64,000 nt of DNA from an uncultured Candidatus Binatia bacterium (GCA_965243735.1 CBDEVZ010000008.1:3995180-4059179); one strand, 5' to 3'; positions 26,805 to 36,858 are shown, numbered from the stretch's first letter. A program made the numbers and translations. The notes: generated by a model from the sequence alone, not told the origin.

Positions 26805-29800
26805 GTGTGCAGTAGCGTCCGACCCATTCCCCCGCATCCGAGGCGTCATCCGTTCCGCTTCCCTATTGCGCTGAGTCTGATCCTGGCCGCACTGCTGGGC
26901 GGTACGGCAGGAGCGCAGCAACCTTCTTCATTGATACGCTGGCGGGCCCAAGCTGGCCCTATCCTGACTATCCCAATAGCGTGGCGGTCGCCAGCGACGG
27001 CACCATCTACCTGGCCGACCGCGACAGCCATACCGTCTTACGGGTAGAAACGGACGGGAGCCTCAGTGTCCTGGCGGGAACGGGATTCGCCGGCTACAGC
27101 GGCGACGGCGGAGCAGCAGCGGCAGCCCAACTCAACACGCCCACCGGCGTGGCGGTGACCGCCGATGACGCCACCGTGTACATTGCCGACCGAGCCAACA
27201 ACCGCATCCGCAAGGTCGATGTGGCCACCCGGATCATCACCACGTTCGCCGGGACGGGAAGCGCCGGCTTCAACGGCGACGGCGGGGCAGCAACGGCAGC
27301 CGTCTTGAACCTGCCCATTGGCGTGGCGGTGGACGGCGACGGCAACGTGTACATTGCCGACCTGAACAACCACCGCATCCGGAAAGTGACGGTAGCTACC
27401 GGAGTTATCGACACGATTGCGGGCTCGGGGGCTTACGGCTCCGGGCAGGGCGGCTACGGAGGGGATAACGGGCCGGCAACGGCGGCGCGGCTCAACAACC
27501 CCGTCGGTGTGGCGGTGGACGGCGACGGCAATGTGTACATCGGGGACTGGAGCAACAACCGCGTGCGCAAGGTAGATGTCAGTATGGACCCTCCGACCAT
27601 CACCACGATTGCGGGAAACGGGACCTCCGGTTTCAGCGGTGACGATGGCCAGGCGACTGCGGCTCAGCTTGCGAACCCCTATGGTGTAGCGGTGGCCAGC
27701 GATGGGACGGTGTACATCACCGATTCGACCAACCAGCGTGTGCGCAAGGTGGCCACCGACGGGGTCATTACCACGGTTGCGGGCTCGGGAGCGAGCAGCG
27801 GCGACATCTACGAGGACGGCATCCAGGCAACCGCAGCGCGGCTTGTGAATCCCCGCGACGTGGCGCTGGACAGCAGTGGCAATTTCTATATTGCTATGCA
27901 GGGTCAAAACGACCAAGGCGCCATCCGCAAGGTTGATACCAGCGGGATCATCACCACGGTCGCGGGGGGCTGGACCCGCGGCTTCAGCGGTGACGGCGGG
28001 CCGGCGAAGGCAGCCCGGCTTAATGGAGCCACTGACGTGGCGGTCGACAGCAGCGGCAACGTGTACATTGCCGATTACACCAACAACCGCATCCGCAAGG
28101 TCGATACCAGCGGGATTATCACCACATTTGCGTCTACGGGGATCACGAGCCCCCGTGGCCTGGCGGTCGACAGCAGCGACAACGTGTACGTTGCTCAGAA
28201 CCACCGTATCCTGAAGATTGATGGCAGCACGGCTCCCCCGACCATCACCACAGTCGCCGGAACGGGGAGCAGCGGCTTCAGCGGCGACGGCGGAGCGGCA
28301 ACCTCGGCCCAGCTCGACTCTCCCTATGGCGTGGCAATCGACAGCGCCGGCAACATCTACATCGCCGATGGGGGGAATCATCGTGTGCGGAAGGTCGACG
28401 TCAGTGCGGACCCGCCGACCATCGCTACGTTCGCGGGCTCGGGGAGCCATAGTTCCGGAGGGTTCAGCGGCGACGGCGGAGCGGCAACCTCGGCCCGGCT
28501 CGACTCTCCCTATGGCGTGGCAATCGACAGTGACGGCAACGTGTACATTGCCTGTTATTTCAATCACCGGGTCCGCAAGGTCGACGTCAGTGCGGACCCG
28601 CCGACCATCGCTACATTCGCGGGCTCGGGGAGCCATAATTCCGGTGGCTTCGGCGGCGACGGCGGGGCGGCGACCGCAGCCCGGCTTAACAGCCCCTACG
28701 GCGTAGCGGTGGCCAGCGATGGGACGGTGTACATCGCCGATGCGAACAACCGCCGCATCCGGGCCGTGGCGACCGACGGGACGATTAACACAGTGGCGGG
28801 AACGGGGACGGGGATCACCTTACCAGGCGTACCCGACGGCAGCCTGGCGACCGCTGCCACTGTCTATTTTCCCAGAAAAGTCGCAGTCTCCAGCACCGGC
28901 GCTGTGTACATCGCCTGGAGTAACCTGGTGAGCGTGTTGACGACAAACGGACCGCCACAGGCGCGTGACGCCAGCCCAATGACGCCAACAGGGACGCAGG
29001 CTATCATCGCTCTACCGGTATCCGACCCGAACGGTGATCCGATGACCGTAACGGTGAGCACGCCGCCAACAAACGGCACGACGACGGTCTCCGGCACTAC
29101 CATCTACTATACGCCGAACGCGGGCTTTACCGGCGTTGACACCTTCGCGTACACGGTCTCCGACGGCCAGGGCGGCAGCGCCACGGCAACGATCAGAGTC
29201 AGGGTGGGAGCCGAAGCCGGGGCCCCGCCCCCGCCCCCCGCGGACGGCGCAGGCGGCGCAGGCGGGGCGGGCCGGCGCCAGCCAACCGACCACCACGGCA
29301 ATAGCCCGGCCACCGCCACTCCGCTGGCTCCCACCGCCCGCGCCGGCGGCCTGCTGCACTACGGCGACCAGGATTACTTTCGCCTCGTCCTGCCCCACGC
29401 CGGCCTGCTGTACGTCGAGACCACCGGCTGGAGCAACACCGTCGGCACCGTCTGGCAAGGCGGCGTCGAACTCGGCAGCGCCGAACTGGGCGGACGGCTG
29501 TACAACTTCAAGCTCGGCGTGCCCGTCCAGCCCGGCCCGGTCGTCATCCGAGTGACCGAGCGGTCGCGAACCGCCTTCGGGACCTACCGCTTGTACACGC
29601 GCTATCTCCCTGGGTCGATTGACCACCCGCGCCCCCTCACCGTCCAGAACGGCCTGGGCATGGTAGCCGGCTGGCTGTGCAGCGCCGACCCCGTCGTGCT
29701 GGAGATCGACGGCCAGCCCTACTACCCGGCCCCGCTGCCCGCGCCGGTCTCCCCGCCGTCCGACCTCGTGATCAGCCTCGGCGGCTCCGGGCTGCCGCCC

Positions 29801-30550
29801 CGGGCGGTTGATCCCGATGAGCTGTGCGACGACACCGCTACCGGCTTTGGCCTGCCCGTCAACTGGAACCTGCTGGGTGACGGCCAGCACACCCTCATCG
29901 CCTACCTGGACGGCATTGAATTCGCCCGCACCGTCGTAGACGTGACGACCCTGGGCGAAGAGTTCGTCCACGACGCCCACGGCACCTGTAGCGTGCCCGA
30001 CTTTCCGCTGCCCGACCACAGCGTCAGCCTGGTCTGGCAGGAAGCCGGCCAGCACTTCGCCCTGAGCGACGGCCAGCCCCCGCCGTCCGTCAGCGCCACC
30101 AGCGCCAGTGAGGTGCTTGGCCGGCTGGAGACCCCCGCGCCCGGCTCCTTCCAGAGCGGCCGGGGCGTCATCAGCGGCTGGGTGTGCGACGCCGAGGCCG
30201 TCAGTATCGAGATTGACGGTACACCGTATCCGGTCGCCTACGGCACGGCGCGGTTGGACGTGGCGGCGGTGTGTGAGACCCCGGCGCCCGGCTTTGGGCT
30301 GAGCCTCGACTGGAATCGGCTCGGGCCGGGCAACCACGAGGTCGTGGCCCTGGCCGACGGGGCGGAGTTCGGGCGGGCCATGGTGCGGGTGACGACCCTG
30401 GGCGCGGCGTTCGCGCGCGATGCCGGATCGGCCTTCGTGCGGGGGCTGGCCGGGGAATGCGTCGTCGAGGACTTTCCAGCGCCCGGCGAGGCCGTCCATC
30501 TGGAGTGGCAGGAGGCCACGCAGAACTTCGTTATCACCGGCGTCGAGTAG
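26805..30550 (+). CDS. Giant secreted NHL-repeat beta-propeller protein with cadherin-like Ig domain, PPC-like domain and tandem C-terminal domains. The signal-peptide exon is out of frame with the body
   Basis: GTG 26805 with GGAGGAG RBS encodes signal peptide MCSSVRPIPPHPRRHPFRFPIALSLILAALLG in frame 0. The body from about 26930 is in frame 2 (..YPNSVAVASDGTIYLADRD). It has more than 11 NHL units (YIAD..NNRIRKVD). The C-terminus is ~95% identical at DNA level to the preceding gene. Confidence 0.7.
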
Positions 30551-30827
30551 GGGTGCCGCGGGCGTCTTCCCTCCCGGGCCGGCTACTGCAAAAAGGCACC
30601 CACCCCGGCCCTCCAGGCCACCCCTCCGAGGAGGGGAACTGCCCTCATCCCCGCCTTGGAGGGGCGATACAAATGAGATACAGTTGCAATTACATATTAA
30701 TGTCAACTAAGTCCTCGCCTGTCCGGTGGAGGTCCTGATTGCGTACTGAGGCCCGCGGTCCCCGAACCGAGCGCTCGGTAAGACCAACGTCATACTGGGT
30801 GGAGGTAGAGGACCGGAGGAGCAAGAG

Positions 30828-33800
30828 GTGTGCAGTAGCGTCCGACCCATTCCCCCGCATCCGAGGCGTCATCCGTTCCGCTTCCCTATTGCGCTGAGTC
30901 TGGTCCTGGCCGCACTGCTGGGCGTGGGCGCACCTCCGGTCCAGGCCGCGCCCAGCTTCACCGTTGACAGCATTGACCCGGTGGTCTTCACCACGTCGCC
31001 TGGGACCGGGTCGGGTTGTACGCAGCCCACCAACTCCGTCACCCTGCCCGACGCCACCGGCACGGGGACCATATCCTACACCATCACCCCCACCCTGCCC
31101 GCCGGCATCACGCTCTCTGGCAGGGATCTCACCGCCGCACCAGCGACGGTGCAGGCCCAGGCCGCTACGGCCTACACCTACACTGCCACCGACGACGCCG
31201 ACGCCCAGACGGCCTCCCTCACCTTGACCATTGAGGTCGTGGACGAGAGAGCCGTGTTGCAGACCCTCTACAATGCGACTGACGGCCCCAACTGGAAGAC
31301 CACAACCGGCGGCTGGGCCAATCCCATCACGGCCACCTGCCTGGCGGACTTGCAAGGCGTCACGCTCACGAGTGGGCGGGTAGCCAGAATCTCTCTCATA
31401 GAAAACAAGCTGACCGGCTCGATTCCCCCTGAACTGGGCAAGCTAACCGGCCTGACCCGTCTCTTCCTCAACAGCGTCGAACCGGCCGACCCGAATGACA
31501 ACCAACTGACCGGAGAGATTCCCCCTGAGCTGGGCAAGCTGACCAGATTGACCCAACTCCAACTCCACAACAACCAACTGACCGGAGAGATTCCCCCTGA
31601 GCTGGGCACCCTGACCGAGCTGACCTGGCTCTGGCTCTACAACAACCAACTGACCGGAGAGATTCCCGACCTGAGCAAGCTGGCCAAGCTGAGACTGCTC
31701 CACCTCCACAACAACCAACTGAGTGGGGCGATCCCCGCCGGGACGGATAATGCTAACAATCCGACCGGGTTGGCCAAACTCACCAACCTGGAGGTGCTTA
31801 GCCTCTCCGACAACCAACTGACCGGAGAGATTCCCCCTGAACTGGGCACCCTGGCCAACCTGCTAAATCTCTATCTCGACAATAACCAACTGAGTGGGGC
31901 GCTTCCCACAGAGTTGGGCAGCCTCGCCAACCTGAGCGGCCTCTTTCTCAACAACAATCGACTGGAGGGCGCGCTTCCCACGGAGTTGGGCAACCTGACC
32001 TACCTGACCTATCTCTGGCTCCACAACAACCAACTGAGCGGGACCATCCCGACCCAATTGGACAGCCTCACCAGCCTGATCTGGCTCTATCTCCACAACA
32101 ACCAACTGAGCGGGACCATCCCGACCCAATTGGGCAGCCTCACCAGCCTGCAACGGCTCTATCTCCACGACAACCAACTAACCGGGGCGCTTCCGACCCA
32201 ATTGGGCAGCCTCGCCAGCCTGCAAGGGCTCTATCTCTACAACAACCGACTGAGCGGGGCGCTTCCCACGGAGTTGGGCAGCCTCGCCAACCTGCAACAG
32301 CTCTATCTCTACAACAACCCCCTGAGCGGCCCGGTGCCGTCAGGATGGGGCGGCAGCACGTATCCTCTCACGAGCCTGACTGATCTTGACCTCAGCTACA
32401 CCAACCTGACCGGCACGCTGCCAACCGCCTTGGCCACCCGGCGGGATGCCGATCCCCCCACCCTCACCGTGACGTGGGACACCATCGTTGACCGGACCTC
32501 CCTGCCCACCGAAGTGGCGAGTGTCCGCATTGAGTGGGCTTCCCCCCCCGATCCGACCGTCACGGATCCCACCGCCTTCAGCGTGGGGCCGCCGGCCGGC
32601 ACCACCTTCCCCGAGCCCCGGCAAATCTATACCCTGACGGCCCTCGATAGTGGCGGGGACGCCGTAACGGACCGCCTGAGCGCCTCCATAGAGGTGTGTC
32701 TGCCCCGACCGGCGGGCCTGACGGCCCCACTCTATGTGTACCGCTACCAGCCGGCGGCGGACACGACCCAGCCGGGACGCTGGGAGCGTTTGACCGCGGG
32801 GTGGCGCGTCAGCGATAGGGAGGTGTGCGCCACAGTCTCGCAGTTCTCCGACTTCCAGGTCGGCACGTACACGCCTCCGCCGCCTCCGCCACCGTCACGA
32901 CAAGGCGGCGGGGGTGGTCGTCCCCGCGACGACCATGGCAACTCCGCCAGCCGGGCTACTCGGATTCCGCTGACCGCCCGCATGGTCGGACAGATCGGCA
33001 CCCGCAGCGATGTCGATTATTTCACGCTCACCGTGCCCCACGCCGGAATCCTGGTCGTCGAGACCACCGGCTCGACCGATACCCGCGGTACGGTGTGGCA
33101 GGACGGCGCACGGCTGGCCACCGCCGATAGCGGGGGGACGGGGCAGAACTTCCGGCTCAGCGTGCAGGCCGAAGCCGGACCGGTGGTGATTGCCGTACGG
33201 GGCAACGGGCGACAGACCGGCCGCTACGTCTTACAGACGACCCTGGTCGTCGGCTTTCTGGAGAACCCTAGCCCGGACTCCTTCCAGAGCGGTATCGGCA
33301 CCCTGTCGGGCTGGGTATGTGAGGCCGACGAGGTCGTGCTGGAAATCAACGGCACACCCTTTTCTGCCGCCTACGGCACGGCCCGCAGCGACACCCAAGA
33401 CACGTGCGGAGACACGGACAACGGCTTCGGCCTGCTGTTCAACTGGAACGAGCTGGGCGACGGCCGGCACGAGGTCGTGGCCCTGGTCGATGGGGTCGAG
33501 CTGAGCCGCACCAGCGTGACCGTCACCACCCTGGGCACGCCGTTTCTGCGGGAGGCAAGCGGGACGTGTGAAGCCACCGACTTTCCGAGCACGGGTGAGC
33601 ATGTGACCCTGGTATGGCAGGAAGCCAAGCAGAACTTCGTCATCACCGACGGCGGTAGCCCGCCCACGGGCAGCTCTGCCGTTGAAAGCGAAGTCACCGG
33701 CTTTCTGGAGAACCCCGCCCCCAACTCCTTCCAGAGCGGGGTCGGGCTGCTGTCGGGCTGGGTGTGTGAGGCGGATGGCGTCACCCTGGAGATCGACGGT

Positions 33801-34106
33801 CAGACGGTGACAGCTGCCTACGGCACTGACCGAGCCGACACGGCCGACGCGTGTGGCGATACGGACAACGGCTTTGGGCTGCTGTTCAACTGGAACGAGT
33901 TGGGCGACGGGGACTACGAGGTCATCGCCCGGGCTGACGGGGTAGCGTTTGACCGGGCCACAGTACGGGTGGTGACGCTGGGCGAGCCGTTTCTGCGCGA
34001 GGCGCGCGGGACGTGTGAGGTGGTGGACTTTCCAGAGGTCGGCGACACGGTGACGCTGACCTGGCAGACAGCCCAGCAGAACTTCGTCATCACCGCTGTC
34101 CGGTAG
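30828..34106 (+). CDS. Giant secreted plant-type LRR protein: putative Ig domain - LRRNT-like cap - ~20 LRRs - PPC-like domain - tandem C-terminal domains
   Basis: Intact 1092-aa ORF with the same signal peptide as the NHL gene. LRRs such as LTGEIPPELGKLTRLTQLQLHNNQLTGEIP are plant LRR-RLK-like. PPC motif SDVDYFTLTVPHAG. Two SGWVCEAD... repeats ending QNFVITAVR. Confidence 0.85.
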   Translation: MCSSVRPIPPHPRRHPFRFPIALSLVLAALLGVGAPPVQAAPSFTVDSIDPVVFTTSPGTGSGCTQPTNSVTLPDATGTGTISYTITPTLPAGITLSGRDLTAAPATVQAQAATAYTYTATDDADAQTASLTLTIEVVDERAVLQTLYNATDGPNWKTTTGGWANPITATCLADLQGVTLTSGRVARISLIENKLTGSIPPELGKLTGLTRLFLNSVEPADPNDNQLTGEIPPELGKLTRLTQLQLHNNQLTGEIPPELGTLTELTWLWLYNNQLTGEIPDLSKLAKLRLLHLHNNQLSGAIPAGTDNANNPTGLAKLTNLEVLSLSDNQLTGEIPPELGTLANLLNLYLDNNQLSGALPTELGSLANLSGLFLNNNRLEGALPTELGNLTYLTYLWLHNNQLSGTIPTQLDSLTSLIWLYLHNNQLSGTIPTQLGSLTSLQRLYLHDNQLTGALPTQLGSLASLQGLYLYNNRLSGALPTELGSLANLQQLYLYNNPLSGPVPSGWGGSTYPLTSLTDLDLSYTNLTGTLPTALATRRDADPPTLTVTWDTIVDRTSLPTEVASVRIEWASPPDPTVTDPTAFSVGPPAGTTFPEPRQIYTLTALDSGGDAVTDRLSASIEVCLPRPAGLTAPLYVYRYQPAADTTQPGRWERLTAGWRVSDREVCATVSQFSDFQVGTYTPPPPPPPSRQGGGGGRPRDDHGNSASRATRIPLTARMVGQIGTRSDVDYFTLTVPHAGILVVETTGSTDTRGTVWQDGARLATADSGGTGQNFRLSVQAEAGPVVIAVRGNGRQTGRYVLQTTLVVGFLENPSPDSFQSGIGTLSGWVCEADEVVLEINGTPFSAAYGTARSDTQDTCGDTDNGFGLLFNWNELGDGRHEVVALVDGVELSRTSVTVTTLGTPFLREASGTCEATDFPSTGEHVTLVWQEAKQNFVITDGGSPPTGSSAVESEVTGFLENPAPNSFQSGVGLLSGWVCEADGVTLEIDGQTVTAAYGTDRADTADACGDTDNGFGLLFNWNELGDGDYEVIARADGVAFDRATVRVVTLGEPFLREARGTCEVVDFPEVGDTVTLTWQTAQQNFVITAVR

Positions 34107-34285
34107 AGGCGGGCGCCCCGACCGGCACTTTGCACTTCCCCCTTTGCTAGAGCAGTTTCATCCTGTTGTGAGTCATGGGCGGAGGGGCGAAGTCGGCAGG
34201 GTATGGGGCGGGCGGGGAAGCCGGGAGCGCGGGCGTCCCGCCCGCCTCTTCTGACGCATCGGAAATCACCGAAACTGCTCTAACG

Positions 34286-34439
34286 TCTGATGCATATTGC
34301 GTTATCCAGCGCCTAGAAAGCACCCACCCCGGCCCTCTGGGCCACCCCTCCGAGGAGGGGAACCGCGCGAGCGGCGGGGTGGGTGATCTCCGGCTCAGCG
34401 GCACCCGGGCGCAAGTTCCTGGGAACGTGCATTACACGT
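34286..34439. repeat. Intergenic REP/MITE-like element, family 1 (degenerate terminal repeats)
   Basis: CACCCACCCCGGCC...CACCCCTCCGAGGAGGGGAAC...GCGGCGGGGTGGGT...GTGCATTACACGT. Closely matches the 1112-1281 copy. Confidence 0.5.
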
Positions 34440-34590
34440 TGCCAAAAGGGGATCGGGGAGGATTTGCCGGCACCGGCGCCGTTGGGAGCCGGTCCGGTCA
34501 AACCTGAGCCGCCGGCTCTTTCTTTTGCTCCCCTGAGAATGCTAGACGAAGGACAGTCCATATTCGTCCGCGACAAAGGAGGAAAGAGCC

Positions 34591-35076
34591 ATGGCACAAG
34601 ATCTCGAAGCCCGTATCCAGGCGCTGGAAGCCCAGGTGCAGGCTTTGCAGGACCGCGAGGCGGTCCGGGCGCTGCGCTACCGCTATCACGAGTGCGTCAA
34701 CGAAGGGCAACTGGACGCAATCCCGGACCTGTTTACCGAAGACGGCGACCTGGATTTCGGCTATCTGGGCAAGGCTCGGGGCCGGGAGGAGCTGACCAAG
34801 TTTTTCGGTGGTGTGTCCCAGCTGCTGTCGTTTGTCAAGCAGTTCGTCCATAACCACGCGGTTGAACTTGAGGGCGACGGCGGCACCGGCTACAGCTACC
34901 TCGAAGCCAAGACCATCTCCAAAGGCGAGGCATACGTGGTGGCCGCCCGCTACGACGACGAGTACGCCAAGGAGAACGGCCAGTGGAAGTTCAAGAAAAT
35001 GCACCTCACCCCGTACTTCACCGTACCGCTGAAAGAGGGCTGGGCCCAGGAAGACCGGCTCAAGATGGGCCGCTAA
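34591..35076 (+). CDS. SnoaL-like / NTF2-fold family protein
   Basis: 161 aa with an N-terminal coiled segment and an NTF2-like core (RYRYHECVNEGQLDAIPDLFTEDG). Confidence 0.7.
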   Translation: MAQDLEARIQALEAQVQALQDREAVRALRYRYHECVNEGQLDAIPDLFTEDGDLDFGYLGKARGREELTKFFGGVSQLLSFVKQFVHNHAVELEGDGGTGYSYLEAKTISKGEAYVVAARYDDEYAKENGQWKFKKMHLTPYFTVPLKEGWAQEDRLKMGR

Positions 35077-35092
35077 ACACGCGCTGAAAAAA

Positions 35093-35184
35093 GTGTAGTA
35101 GGTCGGATTAGCGGAGCGTAATCCGACACGCACGGGATGTCAGGTTACGCCTCCGGCTAACCTGACCTACACGGCTGCACCTAA
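35093..35184. repeat. Intergenic repeat family 3 (nested palindromes CGGATTAGCGGAGCGTAATCCG and CAGGTTACGCCTCCGGCTAACCTG)
   Basis: A reverse-complement copy lies at 48201-48299. A partial copy lies at 61955-61995. Confidence 0.5.
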
Positions 35185-35227
35185 TAGTCAATTGCTCTAG
35201 GCAAGCGCTGAAAAAAGGAGGACGAGC

Positions 35228-36115
35228 ATGGCCTACCAACAACTCAGTCTGGATCAGGTCACCACCGCAGCCACCGGCTTTAACGGCCCGGAAGGCGTGA
35301 GCGTCGACCGCGACGGCAACGTCTACGGCGGCGGGGCGGACGGCATCATTCGCAAGCTGGCCCCGGACGGCACGGTGACCGAGCTGGCCAACACCGGCGG
35401 CCGGCCGGCCGGCATGGCCCTGGACCGCGACGGCAACCTGTTTGTGTGCGACCCCGGCAAGGCTGCGGTCCTCAAGGTCAGCCCGGACGGCACGGTCAGC
35501 CTGTTTGCCGATCAGGTCGGCAGCATAAAACTGACCCTGCCGAACTTCCCGGTCTTTGACGCCGAGGGGAATCTGTACGTCTCAAACTCCAGCGACATCG
35601 GGGTCGGCGACTTTGACAAGCTGATGGCCGAGCTGGAAAATCCGTCGCCCAAGGGCAGCCTGGTCCGCTTGCGCCCGGACGGCAGCGGCGAGGTGGCCGC
35701 CACCGGCATTTATTTTGCCAACGGCACGGCCATCGATCCTAACGAAGAGGCGGTGTATGTGTTGCAGTCCAGCCACCACAACTGCGTCCGGGTGGCCATG
35801 CACAAAGACGGCAGCCACGGCCAGCCCGAGGTGTATGGCGACAACCTGGGCGGGCTGCCCGACGGCATGGCCTTTGACACCGAGGGCTATATGATCACCA
35901 CCCTGCCGATGATCAACCGGCTGGTGGTCGTCGCTCCCGACGGCAGGGTCTCGACCCTGATCGACGACCCGGACGGCACCAAGACCAAGGGGCCGACCAA
36001 CTGCGCCTTTGGCGGCCCGAACTTTGACGACCTGTATATCGCCCACCTCGAAGCCGACCATGTGGCCAAGGTCCACCTCGGCCGCAAAGGCCACCCGCTG
36101 TACGACCGGCGCTAG
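35228..36115 (+). CDS. SMP-30/gluconolactonase/LRE-like beta-propeller protein (paralog A)
   Basis: GPEGVSVDRDGNVYGG...GRPAGMALDRDGNLFVCD is the SGL-family repeat pattern. Confidence 0.8.
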   Translation: MAYQQLSLDQVTTAATGFNGPEGVSVDRDGNVYGGGADGIIRKLAPDGTVTELANTGGRPAGMALDRDGNLFVCDPGKAAVLKVSPDGTVSLFADQVGSIKLTLPNFPVFDAEGNLYVSNSSDIGVGDFDKLMAELENPSPKGSLVRLRPDGSGEVAATGIYFANGTAIDPNEEAVYVLQSSHHNCVRVAMHKDGSHGQPEVYGDNLGGLPDGMAFDTEGYMITTLPMINRLVVVAPDGRVSTLIDDPDGTKTKGPTNCAFGGPNFDDLYIAHLEADHVAKVHLGRKGHPLYDRR

Positions 36116-36268
36116 GGCGTTTGGGGCGGGTTTGAAACCCGCCCCGACTCAGATGCGACAGATAGCGCAGGGCCTGACGAATAAGCCATTGCGCTACTCG
36201 GACCTGATTGCGGAGTAGAGAAGAAAAAGCCCGACCGTTTTGTCGGGCTCTGTTTTGATCAGGTACGG

Positions 36269-36529
36269 CTATTTGATCAGCTTTAGCCGTCTCAAATGGT
36301 CTTCATCCCACCCTGCATCCTCAAGCAATTTCGTTAAGAGTTTTATGCCGTAGGTTTTCTTTGGGTGATAATGAATGACGATAGGTGGCAAGTCGCTTTC
36401 GGGCTTGACAAAGGCCCTTGTTGCTCCAGACGTTTTTTGCTCTTCCCACCCGTCACTCTTCAACGCACGGACTAAACGTGCAGCTGTGCATTTTTTTAGC
36501 TGGCGGCTAATTCGGTTTGGGTAGGCCAT
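36269..36529 (-). CDS. hicA: Type II toxin HicA (YcfA-like mRNA interferase)
   Basis: ALKSDGWEEQKTSGATRAFVKPE...IVIHYHPKKTYGIKLLTKLLEDAGW. Confidence 0.8.
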   Translation of the reverse strand: MAYPNRISRQLKKCTAARLVRALKSDGWEEQKTSGATRAFVKPESDLPPIVIHYHPKKTYGIKLLTKLLEDAGWDEDHLRRLKLIK

Positions 36530-36858
36530 TGCACGGTAATCTGCTGCTGCTGTGGAGGCTGAGAATTCGGTGCGCCACTATCTGATAGACCGACACCAAA
36601 CTCAGAAAATCCTCCATATGGACCTGCTATCGAACGAACCATGAGATCAGGTCCTACTGGCAAAGGCTTACCATTGTTTTGCAGCGTCTCCAGGTAGACG
36701 ACGATGCCCTCCCGAATCCGTTCAAGCGCTTCGTCCTTCGTTGCCCCGTCAATGTGGAGCCCAGGAAGGGCCGGAGCATGGGCATAAAATCCATCCTCGT
36801 CTGGCTCAACTATGACCTTAACGAGAATTTCGTACAGTGCTTCGGTTTCGTTCAACAT
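36496..36858 (-). CDS. hicB: Type II antitoxin HicB (UPF0150 family)
   Basis: YEILVKVIVEPDEDGFYAHAPALPGLHIDGATKDEALERIREGIVVYLE. Overlaps hicA by 34 bp. Confidence 0.8.
   Translation of the reverse strand: MLNETEALYEILVKVIVEPDEDGFYAHAPALPGLHIDGATKDEALERIREGIVVYLETLQNNGKPLPVGPDLMVRSIAGPYGGFSEFGVGLSDSGAPNSQPPQQQQITVQWPTQTELAAS

Noticed and set aside
26805-26905. Twin-arginine (Tat) signal in MCSSVRPIPPHPRRHPFRFP
   Set aside because: RRHPF only loosely resembles S/T-RRxFLK. The hydrophobic core and AxA-like site fit a Sec signal equally well. Not claimed.
31440-32340. Nucleotide-level periodicity (~72 bp) that could be taken for a non-coding satellite
   Set aside because: It is the coding periodicity of 24-residue LRR units inside an intact 1092-aa ORF.
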